Source: a virus (lineage: Duplodnaviria; Caudoviricetes). From it: 62,186 nucleotides of DNA. The notes beneath the pieces were generated by a model. It ran no database searches. It was given only the letters and a program-made list of their open reading frames with translations, and was not told the origin of the DNA. The DNA lies in IMG/VR virus record IMGVR_UViG_3300027956_000008, positions 1-62,186 of that record; one strand, 5' to 3'. Position numbers and translations under genes: made by a program. Positions 1 through 7,359 of the stretch are shown one piece after another. Position 1 is the stretch's first letter, and each line of letters begins with the position of its first letter.

Positions 1-104
1 CCTGACCCTGACCGTGACCCTGACCGTGACCATGACCCTGACCGTGACCCTGACCATGACCGTGACCATGACCATGACCATGACCGTGACCCTGACCCTG
101 ACCG
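1..104. repeat. Tandem hexamer array CC[C/G/A]TGA (minus strand TCA-[G/C/T]GG), left part
   Basis: 16 complete units plus partial units read directly; only one position per unit varies. The same array is at the other window end. Confidence 0.98.
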
Positions 105-137
105 ATCAAGACCAACTCTTAAAGCTGAAATATTCAT
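1..137 (-). CDS. 5' part of a Ser-(Gly/Arg/Trp) dipeptide-repeat peptide, MNISALRVGLDR-SGSGSRSWSWSWSRSWSG...; runs off the window edge
   Basis: ATG at 137-135 overlaps the TGA of the upstream gene (ATGA). GGAG RBS at 147-144. The frame is open to position 1. Not in the ORF track. Confidence 0.85.
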   Translation of the reverse strand, partial: MNISALRVGLDRSGSGSRSWSWSWSRSWSGSRSGSWSRSGSRSGS

Positions 138-493
138 TTAAGACTCCGTTGAATTTTAGTAATTTCAACAGCATCAATCACGCAACCACGATTAATAATT
201 ACTCTTCCACTTGGGAAAGGTTCAACTTCATTGAATTCTGCTTTTTTAATTGCTTCACTAAAGCGTCCTGTATCTGGAATCCAAGCCGCTTCTTCAAGAA
301 CAAGTTCTTTGTCTGTTGCTGCGACTAGAATACCTGTATCAATCATTGTGACTGTACGGATTAGATACACTTTACCAATAATCCAAGGGGCAACAATATT
401 GTCTTGGCAAATAATAGGAGCCAAAATGTTTTGCTTAATAGAATCTTCACGAACATACTTTATATCATCAATCATTATGGTTTCGGGTTTCAT
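134..493 (-). CDS. Sm/LSm-like fold protein (resembles the phage DUF6948-type family)
   Basis: IGKVYLIRTVTMIDTGILVAATDKELVLEEA resembles Sm1 and GRVIINRGCVIDAVEI resembles Sm2. AAAGG RBS; ATGA coupling at both ends. Confidence 0.65.
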   Translation of the reverse strand: MKPETIMIDDIKYVREDSIKQNILAPIICQDNIVAPWIIGKVYLIRTVTMIDTGILVAATDKELVLEEAAWIPDTGRFSEAIKKAEFNEVEPFPSGRVIINRGCVIDAVEITKIQRSLK

Positions 494-1044
494 ATATCAA
501 CCTTTCGTTTTTGTTGTGATTCTCTCCGTGCCAATGACCATGGTTTGCCTTTCATGGCCAGCGAAATATTATTTTTATGTGCCTCTGTACGTATTGGCTT
601 TTTTCTCCCTTTGTTTGCAATTGAGTTTTTTTGTCGATGCTCTAATGATTGCTCTTTATTGCGTAAATTGTCCTTAAATGCTTCTGTTCGTTTACGACCC
701 TTTGCATATTGGTTATTTTTGTTGGCGTTACTTATCTTCCTTTTATGATCTTCAGATAGGACACGCCCACCCCTTCCTTCTCCACCATCGCATACATTTG
801 CTAATGGAAATCCTAAATTCCTCAATAAACATATTAGTTTAATTTCTATTGCAAACGAATGTTCTTCATCTATGCATTCAATTGTTTCTATCCCAATATT
901 TTCTTTGCCATATTTATTTACGACAAATCTATGATGCCGATTACGACCATTCCAAAAATCTTTAGTTCTTTTCATTGAACCTTTCCCAACATAAAAAGGA
1001 ATCCCATTAGGTTTATAATGTATATAAACATAAAATTGTTTCAT
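490..1044 (-). CDS. GIY-YIG homing endonuclease with NUMOD3-like repeats
   Basis: FYVYIHYKPNGIPFYVGKG...R and AIEIKLI...LANVCDGGEG; C-terminal SEDHKRKIS / SLEHRQKNS / TEAHKNNIS repeats. Probable start is MKQFYVY at 1044. Confidence 0.9.
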   Translation of the reverse strand: MKQFYVYIHYKPNGIPFYVGKGSMKRTKDFWNGRNRHHRFVVNKYGKENIGIETIECIDEEHSFAIEIKLICLLRNLGFPLANVCDGGEGRGGRVLSEDHKRKISNANKNNQYAKGRKRTEAFKDNLRNKEQSLEHRQKNSIANKGRKKPIRTEAHKNNISLAMKGKPWSLARRESQQKRKVDI

Positions 1045-1145
1045 TGCATAAGTTCCCATTTGTATGTTTTGCATCTTGGGCATTGGACGGGTTTTTTTAC
1101 CCTAGCAATCTAGACATGGTTACATTTTTTACATTTACAATTCAT
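1041..1145 (-). pseudogene. Zinc-ribbon microprotein with in-frame TAG: MNCKCKKCNHV*IARVKKPVQCPRCKTYKWELMQ
   Basis: GGAGG RBS, CxxC...CPxC, TAG at 1112-1110; the terminal TGA overlaps the GIY-YIG ATG. Confidence 0.75.
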
Positions 1146-1146
1146 A

Positions 1147-1201
1147 GTGTTTTCCTCCAAATTAGATGTTTACATAATATTATATTAAGGAAGAAAAACA
1201 C
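1147..1201 (-). promoter_or_regulatory. RBS-sequestering hairpin with a TATAAT in its loop
   Basis: Minus-strand GTGTTTTTCTTCC (1201-1189) pairs with GGAGGAAAACAC (1158-1147); TATAAT at 1184-1179. Confidence 0.55.
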
Positions 1202-1208
1202 CAAATCA

Positions 1209-1241
1209 TTATACCCACATCATAGTTTCTGGCTTGTTCAT
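1209..1241 (-). pseudogene. Orphaned original N-terminus of the Sm-like gene (MNKPETMMWV*)
   Basis: AAGGA RBS, then AAG CCA GAA ACT ATG ATG versus AAA CCC GAA ACC ATA ATG at the start of 134..493. Confidence 0.7.
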
Positions 1242-1322
1242 TTTATTTTCCTTTTGAGTTAGTTGTTTAAAAAACCGGCTAGACATTGTTAAGAGGTATG
1301 GACGGTTTGTTGTCTTTATCTT

Positions 1323-1973
1323 TTAGTTAAACGGCAAATCTTCAACAGATGGTTCGCTATTCTGTGTTACGCTTGAATTTGGAACTCCACTAAAATAAGC
1401 CATACCTTCATTAGAGGTCATAACTTTCTTCTTTTCAAAAGGCCAAAGCTTGTTAAGCTTCTCTTCATTGCCTAAATCAGTTGATAGATCAAAGGTTACT
1501 AAGTCATTAACCCTGTCAGCAGTCGGCATACCTTTAGGTAATTGCATAACCGATTGAACATTGTTGTAGAACTTCTTACCGTCTTTACTCGGTGTCTTAG
1601 TGACATTCACCAAACAGCACTTATCTAGGATAAGATTCAAGTCAAAGGACTTCAATTCATCGGGTGTAAAGGGCTTACCTCTCCAAGCAACCAACATCTT
1701 ATGAAGGTTACTTTTCTCATTGATACTCGGTGTCCCTGTCCAACTCACAACAAACGGCTTACCGTCTTCCATAAGTTCACTACCAAGTTCAAAGGTAACT
1801 TGAATCTCGTGCTTAGTGACTTCTGCCCCTGTTTCTTTGTCTCGGTAAGGCATAACATGAGTACCCATATCAACGATACGAATACAACGACCTACATAAG
1901 CACCACCTTCGCACCTCTGATAATTCTTTTCTTCACCGCTTGTTCCACTGGACTTCCCGCCGTCTACAATCAT
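1323..1973 (-). CDS. Phage replication/ssDNA-binding-type protein (NGO0469-like family)
   Basis: GAYVGRCIRIVDMGTH...VTFEL...SINEKSNLHKML.AWRGKPF motif; acidic SSB-like tail EDLPFN; GAGG RBS before ATG 1973. Confidence 0.7.
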   Translation of the reverse strand: MIVDGGKSSGTSGEEKNYQRCEGGAYVGRCIRIVDMGTHVMPYRDKETGAEVTKHEIQVTFELGSELMEDGKPFVVSWTGTPSINEKSNLHKMLVAWRGKPFTPDELKSFDLNLILDKCCLVNVTKTPSKDGKKFYNNVQSVMQLPKGMPTADRVNDLVTFDLSTDLGNEEKLNKLWPFEKKKVMTSNEGMAYFSGVPNSSVTQNSEPSVEDLPFN

Positions 1974-2425
1974 ATGTTTTCCTCGCAAGCTATGACCTCT
2001 GGATTTCGAGAGATCGGTCTATGGTTCGGCATTACTAACGTCCCATTACTATAAGTGAGACTAACGATGCCATTGTGTTTAATGATGTGATCTAAGTAGT
2101 TCTTGATCGTGCTTTTATGTCTTAAGTAAGTTGTGTAACCGTATAGAGTTTCTTGAGCAACGCCATCTGGAAGAGTTTTGAGTATTGCTTGAAGGTGATT
2201 TATTTTAGCAGATTCTAGCTTTATGTCAAACCAATTTCGAAAATAAACCTTTGTTTTTGCGAAGCTATTCCAATTAATATCACACGGTAGTTCTGATAAA
2301 ATAAACTCAATGTTTTCTTCAAGGTTTTGTTTCAATTCCTTTATCTTTGAAAGGTTGTAAATAATTACAGAATTGTCCAAATTCTGAGAAGTAGCTTGCT
2401 TCCCAATGTCCGTCCCTATCAGCAT
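1970..2425 (-). CDS. Hypothetical protein (true start probably downstream of the ORF start)
   Basis: ORF track; stop overlaps the next start; its 5' part overlaps 2319..2510. Confidence 0.55.
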   Translation of the reverse strand: MLIGTDIGKQATSQNLDNSVIIYNLSKIKELKQNLEENIEFILSELPCDINWNSFAKTKVYFRNWFDIKLESAKINHLQAILKTLPDGVAQETLYGYTTYLRHKSTIKNYLDHIIKHNGIVSLTYSNGTLVMPNHRPISRNPEVIACEENI

Positions 2426-2510
2426 GAAGATACCTCAAACAGATTTTTCGATAATGGCATTTATTATTCTCTCTTGAACAAATTGTGTCTTCTTCATCAA
2501 AAATTGTCAC
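2319..2510 (-). CDS. Small Cys-rich hypothetical protein
   Basis: TICSRENNKCHYRKICLRY pattern; GAGG RBS. Confidence 0.6.
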   Translation of the reverse strand: MTIFDEEDTICSRENNKCHYRKICLRYLHADRDGHWEASYFSEFGQFCNYLQPFKDKGIETKP

Positions 2511-2520
2511 TTTTCACCTC

Positions 2521-2700
2521 TTAATATGGCGATTCTTCTTGCCAGAAATCTTTCTCCCATTGCATTTCATCCCCAATATTCTTTCTAAGTCGTCTGTGCT
2601 TTCGGATAATCATTCTTAGCGCATTTCGTAAATGTTCTATATCCATATCTCCGACTGCTATTTTGTTACCATTTTCTTTGATCCAATATTCTTCTGTCAT
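2521..2700 (-). CDS. Small phage protein MTEEYWIKENGNKIAVGDMDIEHLRNALRMI...
   Basis: Translated by hand (59 aa); ATG overlaps the upstream stop. Not in the ORF track. Confidence 0.7.
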   Translation of the reverse strand: MTEEYWIKENGNKIAVGDMDIEHLRNALRMIIRKHRRLRKNIGDEMQWEKDFWQEESPY

Positions 2701-2912
2701 AGAATTAACTTCGCCTTTCTAGCTAAAGACTGCATAGTTGTGTGAAAACAATTATTCCAATTGTTATTCCATTTTTCTTTAATAACTTCAGTTACGTATT
2801 TATCAGGTTTAGGAAACTCTTTGTACGCTAATTTCTCTGCTTGAGGAATAAGGCTAATCCGAGCAGTTTCATAAACATAATCCTCTTTAGTCTTTTGATA
2901 AGCTTGTTTCAT
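2697..2912 (-). CDS. Hypothetical protein
   Basis: AGGAGG RBS; fits the operon packing. Confidence 0.7.
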   Translation of the reverse strand: MKQAYQKTKEDYVYETARISLIPQAEKLAYKEFPKPDKYVTEVIKEKWNNNWNNCFHTTMQSLARKAKLIL

Positions 2913-3066
2913 TTAGACCTCCTTGGTTACAATCCCAAAATCTATTTTTGTTATGTGCTTTGAATGAGACAATCTTTCCATTAATGTCATTGCATCTTCA
3001 TAGGTCTTTACAAATACCTTATTGCCAAACTCTGTGCTGTTATAAGTATTATAAACAACATAAAAC

Positions 3067-3255
3067 TCACAAGCACTCATCCTTTATCCTTTTTATCAAT
3101 CTTTCATTATGAGAAGGGTTATAAAAGTAATTAAGGTATTTTGTATAGTCTTTATTGGGATTATATTTCAATGGAATAAACCTATAGCCAGCTTGTTCCC
3201 AAAGGTAAACTTTATATCCTATTTCATTGTCAGTCATTTCTTTCTCCTGAACCAT
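3067..3255 (-). CDS. Hypothetical protein
   Basis: ORF track; operon packing. Confidence 0.55.
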   Translation of the reverse strand: MVQEKEMTDNEIGYKVYLWEQAGYRFIPLKYNPNKDYTKYLNYFYNPSHNERLIKRIKDECL

Positions 3256-3472
3256 TATCTAATTCCTCAAAACCAAAATAACGTATTAGCCTGAATTCTA
3301 ACCTTGTGTTACAACCAATACATTTCCTAATCATTTTTGACCCATTAACAATATATTCAGCTTCTTCTTCAGAAGAAACCGTTACCATGTAAATAGCATC
3401 TTCTTGTTCAGCAATACCCCAATCATTTTGGAATTCATCAGGGCGCATACATTCTAATCTGTAATTTTTCAT
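3230..3472 (-). CDS. Hypothetical protein
   Basis: ATGA overlap with the DUF968 gene; GAGG RBS. Confidence 0.65.
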   Translation of the reverse strand: MKNYRLECMRPDEFQNDWGIAEQEDAIYMVTVSSEEEAEYIVNGSKMIRKCIGCNTRLEFRLIRYFGFEELDNGSGERND

Positions 3473-3753
3473 TTTTTACCCTCTCTAAAATATCCATCAG
3501 TGATTGCTTGCCCTAAAGTCCTAGCGATATATTCCCATTGGTCATTCCAAAGATCGGGGTCAGCATGACATTCGGCGTGGTGCTCATGGCAGTAAGGCAT
3601 AACAGCCCAATCAGGAGCCTTTAATCCACCTCCTGACATGTTGCCTACGCCCTTAATATGGTGTGGTTCAGCTTCCTTTCCGCAAATAACACAAGGCAGG
3701 GTTTTGACATAACCAAGATAACGCTTACTTCTCCATCTTTCTTGTTTTTGCAT
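3469..3753 (-). CDS. DUF968-like HNH-fold zinc-binding protein
   Basis: RWRSKRYLGYVKTLPCVICG..AEPHH...KAPDWAVMPYCHEHHAECH. Confidence 0.8.
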   Translation of the reverse strand: MQKQERWRSKRYLGYVKTLPCVICGKEAEPHHIKGVGNMSGGGLKAPDWAVMPYCHEHHAECHADPDLWNDQWEYIARTLGQAITDGYFREGKK

Positions 3754-3755
3754 CT

Positions 3756-4088
3756 TTACCTCCCAAATAGCAGCCGATCTTCTTTAAAACTTTCATAGCA
3801 GTAATCAGCGTAATCAGCCTCATCATCTTGTATTTTATTCTCTAAATACTCCCAAGCTTTCTCTTCAATTTTCTCAAGAAAACGATCATATTCATTACTT
3901 TGAAATTCAAAACCTGTTTCGACATAAATAACTTTAGTAATTTCTAATTCTTCAGGATCATCAGGTTCTTCAGGACAACCATATTTATCTCTGTGACCTC
4001 TCATAGCAGGGAAGTAATCAAATTCAACTTCTATATCAATTTCTTCACCTTCTACTTCAATTTCTGTTGTAAAGGTATAGCTATTCAT
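3756..4088 (-). CDS. Highly acidic hypothetical protein
   Basis: GGAGG RBS before ATG 4088; about 34 D/E versus 11 K/R in ~110 aa (hand count). Confidence 0.75.
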   Translation of the reverse strand: MNSYTFTTEIEVEGEEIDIEVEFDYFPAMRGHRDKYGCPEEPDDPEELEITKVIYVETGFEFQSNEYDRFLEKIEEKAWEYLENKIQDDEADYADYCYESFKEDRLLFGR

Positions 4089-4278
4089 CATCTTCCTCCA
4101 ACTTAACAGATTCATTTCTTACCCATTGACTACGTTTAAGGCAGTTTTTACAGATTAAAGCAATCTTGTTATAGACTAATTTATCAATGTAGAAATCTTC
4201 AGAGCCACAACGAGAACAATTCCAAGGAACTTCTTTTTCAAATGTTTCTTCAGATGCTTCTTTAATCGACATTATCAA
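4081..4278 (-). CDS. Zinc-ribbon protein
   Basis: CSRCGS...ICKNC. Confidence 0.65.
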   Translation of the reverse strand: MIMSIKEASEETFEKEVPWNCSRCGSEDFYIDKLVYNKIALICKNCLKRSQWVRNESVKLEEDDE

Positions 4279-4393
4279 TTACTCCCATTTCTGTTGCGCT
4301 TGAAAGATAATCAAAAATCCAGCCACAAGCAACACATTCTTTGTAGTTATCTCTTTGTCTAACACCGTATGATTCTGAGCAGTGAGGACACAT
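4262..4393 (-). CDS. Zinc-ribbon microprotein MCPHCSESY...KECVACGWIFD
   Basis: Translated by hand (43 aa); AAGGAG RBS. Confidence 0.65.
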   Translation of the reverse strand: MCPHCSESYGVRQRDNYKECVACGWIFDYLSSATEMGVIDNVD

Positions 4394-4666
4394 CTTTCAC
4401 TCCTTTCTATCATTCAAGAAAGATTCAAGTGCTAAGATAATACCAAAGCAGCCTTGTGCTTGATTAATCCTTTGGTGGTATTCATGTCTTTCATGCTCTC
4501 TTTTGGCAATTCGTAAAGCACACCGAATTCCTAGTTCAAATTGTGAATCTCCATCCATATTGATACCTTCCTATCACTTGAAATAGTTAGCTCTTAAACC
4601 CTCGCATTTAATAGACGGAATTGAGCAAGATTTACAGATGTGAAGTCTGCTCCTCTTGCTATTATT

Positions 4667-4915
4667 CTATTCTTCTTCGGACTGTTCTTTTTTGCTTTCT
4701 TTAATAGCTTCCAGTTCTTCACTAGAGGTAATGTCTTGAGAACTCAAACTTGGAATAGGTTTCTTTCCAACCAAGTAAACCATTCCGTGATCTGAAATAT
4801 ATTCTGTTTGAATCCCTTTCGCCTTCTCTATGAGTTCAAAAAACTTAGCTGCGTCACTTAATTCATCAAAGCCAAACTCATTACCCCAATAACCTTCAAT
4901 TTTCACGATTCGCAT
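4667..4915 (-). CDS. Hypothetical protein
   Basis: AGGAG RBS; follows the DUF932 gene. Confidence 0.7.
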   Translation of the reverse strand: MRIVKIEGYWGNEFGFDELSDAAKFFELIEKAKGIQTEYISDHGMVYLVGKKPIPSLSSQDITSSEELEAIKESKKEQSEEE

Positions 4916-4917
4916 GT

Positions 4918-5802
4918 TTAGTTACTCCTGAATACGTTAGAGGTTTTGAAAATCTTATCCCAATTCTTCACTTCTTGGTTCAGTTTATCCATCATGTTCG
5001 CCTTGCTAGAGTATTGATTACCGTAAGCATGGCTAATGATGTTCGTGTTTAAGTTATACAAGTCCCAAAGTCCAGCAGGTTCACCTTCTTGTTGCCACTT
5101 CTCCAGCAGCTTCCTAGCCCAACGCTCACCTTTAAACAAGCTCGACTTGGTAAACTCACCGTCACCAATGTATTCTTTAACGGCTTGCTTATCTCCATTT
5201 GTTTCGCCCAACCGATGAATGATCTGCTTATTCTTTTGCCAAGTAGAATCAAAGTCTTTGTAAAGCTCAATAGCGTCTTTACTCTTCGCTTGAATATCTC
5301 CTTTGTGAATCATTCTCATTTTGAAGTCTTGTTCAAAGGCTGTCATGCCATTAGTACAAATAAGCCTTAACCAGCCTAGCAGGGTTTCAGCACTCAAAGT
5401 AGTATCAAGACTGTTTGAAATACGAAGTTCAGCGTCTTGTGCTTCTCTAGTCCCGCTAAACAAAGAAAACTGAGGCAAGGTCACAATCATCGTCGTTTTC
5501 TTACCATTTCCTGCTACATGAACCTGCTTAGGAATGTAATCAATACCACTTTCATCAAGAGCGTGAACAATTCCACTGAAATACTCTTCATTGTCTACGA
5601 TAGAGTAGTTAGTCCCTACTGTAGAGATATAACTACCGTCTTCTGAGTTTATAATAGATTTTTTATCTGGTGACCTGTGAAAGAGTCCATCAAGCCCCAT
5701 ATAAGCAGCCGGAACAGTCTGTACCTTGAAGAAAGCCGCTCTAGTGAAAGCCTCTTTAGTCAAAACGTCTTTAGTCAATGAAGTTGCCTGTCTCTGTCTC
5801 AT
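4918..5802 (-). CDS. DUF932/DUF945-family phage/plasmid protein
   Basis: STVGTNYSIVDNEEYF, ISNSLDTT and LRLICTNGM motifs; AAGGAG RBS before ATG 5802. Confidence 0.8.
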   Translation of the reverse strand: MRQRQATSLTKDVLTKEAFTRAAFFKVQTVPAAYMGLDGLFHRSPDKKSIINSEDGSYISTVGTNYSIVDNEEYFSGIVHALDESGIDYIPKQVHVAGNGKKTTMIVTLPQFSLFSGTREAQDAELRISNSLDTTLSAETLLGWLRLICTNGMTAFEQDFKMRMIHKGDIQAKSKDAIELYKDFDSTWQKNKQIIHRLGETNGDKQAVKEYIGDGEFTKSSLFKGERWARKLLEKWQQEGEPAGLWDLYNLNTNIISHAYGNQYSSKANMMDKLNQEVKNWDKIFKTSNVFRSN

Positions 5803-5821
5803 GTTTGTTTCTCCTTTTTGT

Positions 5822-6052
5822 TTATTTACACAGTTCGTTAACATCTTTAGTCCAATCAAGGACTGCTTCAGGATATGCAATATAAAGCAATGTACGTTGT
5901 TCTTGTATTACTTGACATAGTTCATTTGTTTCAATCTTTTTTGAATTAGCTTGATCAAGCAGGGTAATACAAGTTTCTGCCATTCGATCTGAAGTTGACC
6001 AAGAGCCAAGTAAAAGCATGGTTAAAGTTGCTATGGCTACGAGTCTTATCAT
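5822..6052 (-). CDS. Small protein with an N-terminal signal/TM segment
   Basis: MIRLVAIATLTMLLLGSWS; AAGGAG RBS. Confidence 0.65.
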   Translation of the reverse strand: MIRLVAIATLTMLLLGSWSTSDRMAETCITLLDQANSKKIETNELCQVIQEQRTLLYIAYPEAVLDWTKDVNELCK

Positions 6053-6142
6053 TATTTCTCCTTTAAATTCTCTCCCCTACTGCACTATGCAGATTACCAA
6101 CTATCCGCCGTCTAAGCAGCGTTTATGTCAGTGAGGGGAGAA

Positions 6143-6193
6143 TTATAACTAAACGCTTGACCCGATGAAACGGGTCAGCTCAAGGCGTTATAA
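6143..6193 (+). other. attC-like recombination site
   Basis: TTATAAC-TAAAC-GCTTGACC-CGATGAAACG-GGTCAGC-TCAAGGC-GTTATAA, matching an R''/L''/L'/R' layout with one extra base in L''. Confidence 0.5.
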
Positions 6194-6197
6194 TGCT

Positions 6198-6413
6198 TCA
6201 AGTAGTCGGAATCCAACCATCGAGCATGTGTTCCGCGTTTGCCCATTTTATCTGTCCCTCCGCCTCCAGTTTTGCAAACTCATCTTCAACCAGAGTAAGC
6301 GGTAAATCTAGATTTCTTGCTACATCGTCGGGATTACAGGGGTGATCGAATAGAGCGTAAAAACAGCCGATTTCTGTCATAACTCTTGATTCCAAAATGT
6401 ACCTCCGTGGCAC
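6198..6413 (-). CDS. Small winged-helix-like protein
   Basis: PDDVARNLDLPLTLVEDEFAKLEAEGQI pattern; start uncertain. Confidence 0.55.
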   Translation of the reverse strand: MPRRYILESRVMTEIGCFYALFDHPCNPDDVARNLDLPLTLVEDEFAKLEAEGQIKWANAEHMLDGWIPTT

Positions 6414-6648
6414 CTCCGCACTATAACCAGCGGCAGGTGAGTGATTATTTTACGGGCCGTGTATTATTTTTAAAAACCAGACAAACAACGGTGCGCCGAC
6501 CATCACGCCGACAAGAAAGCCCCCCATCATACCTGCCCAAAATGCGTACTCGCGCTGTGTCATAACTACCTCCTTATCGTTTCATTAGAAAACATCCCAA
6601 TAGCCCAAGTAGACATACAAGGTAAATGGCTATTTCTTCGGTTGTCAT

Positions 6649-7359
6649 TTATTCCTCCCATTCAGCAATTATTTGTGCTGTTTTTGGTAGATTTGGAGTA
6701 CCGTCTAACTCTCTATATTTCTCGGCTAGACCTATTGGTATCCGTCTCAACACCTTCTTCTTGCGAGGGATGCGGTCGATTCCTTTGAGTTCAATTATGC
6801 TCCATCCAATACAACAACCATTCGGTCGCTTGCCGCTGCTGAACGTGCCACACTTAGAACATTTGTAAGCTGTCACCTCCACCTCGTCATACTCTGGCTC
6901 TGGTGGATAGGCGATATGATACATTCTTTGAAACTGTGCAGCTCTTCCAGTAATGGAAGCAGCAACAGATTGATTTCCAAACCATTCAATCGCCGCATCA
7001 CGAGCGGAGAGTTGCGCTGTGAGCTGTTCAACGTCATCCTCCAGCCCTGCGATAATCTTTGACAGGTCAGTGTGAATGGTGAGGTTTTCAGCGAGGAGTG
7101 TGGCGTTTTCTGCTCTAAGTCCCTGAGCGCAAAGTGCATCAAGTTGCAGTTCTGCTACATTAAGATGGTCGTATGTATCTATCTCTTTTTTAGTTTTCAC
7201 CACTTGATAAATCCAATCTTCCTCTTTTGTCTTACAAATAGGCAGCTTCAAACAGAGTGCCCTGTTATCGTCTCCTGCACATCCGGCGCACATAGCAACT
7301 GGGGTAGTTTCGACGCCGAAATATTCGACGCCGTCAATGGTTATTCTATCTCCGCTCAT
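6649..7359 (-). CDS. Hypothetical protein (Cys motifs and coiled coil)
   Basis: CAGC...C..LPIC N-terminus, central coiled coil, CSKC; GGAGG RBS. Confidence 0.7.
   Translation of the reverse strand: MSGDRITIDGVEYFGVETTPVAMCAGCAGDDNRALCLKLPICKTKEEDWIYQVVKTKKEIDTYDHLNVAELQLDALCAQGLRAENATLLAENLTIHTDLSKIIAGLEDDVEQLTAQLSARDAAIEWFGNQSVAASITGRAAQFQRMYHIAYPPEPEYDEVEVTAYKCSKCGTFSSGKRPNGCCIGWSIIELKGIDRIPRKKKVLRRIPIGLAEKYRELDGTPNLPKTAQIIAEWEE

Larger units (their letters stand above)
494..1217 (-). mobile_element. Free-standing homing endonuclease cassette (zinc-ribbon microgene + GIY-YIG) inserted in the 5' end of the Sm-like gene
   Basis: Flanked by the old N-terminus MNKPETMM (1241-1218) and the new N-terminus MKPETIM (493-473). 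Boundaries are approximate. Confidence 0.65.

Noticed and set aside
1-104. CRISPR array or DGR variable region
   Set aside because: 6-bp units with no spacers; no cas or reverse transcriptase gene; adenines in the unit are invariant.
14-328. + strand ORF MTLTVTMTLTV...
   Set aside because: Antisense shadow of the repeat. The minus-strand frame has the RBS, ATGA coupling, stop and terminator, and matches the direction of neighbouring genes.
1110-1112. Genome-wide TAG recoding
   Set aside because: terL, the scaffold, the giant protein and the helicase all end at TAG with sensible lengths, and I saw no suppressor tRNA.
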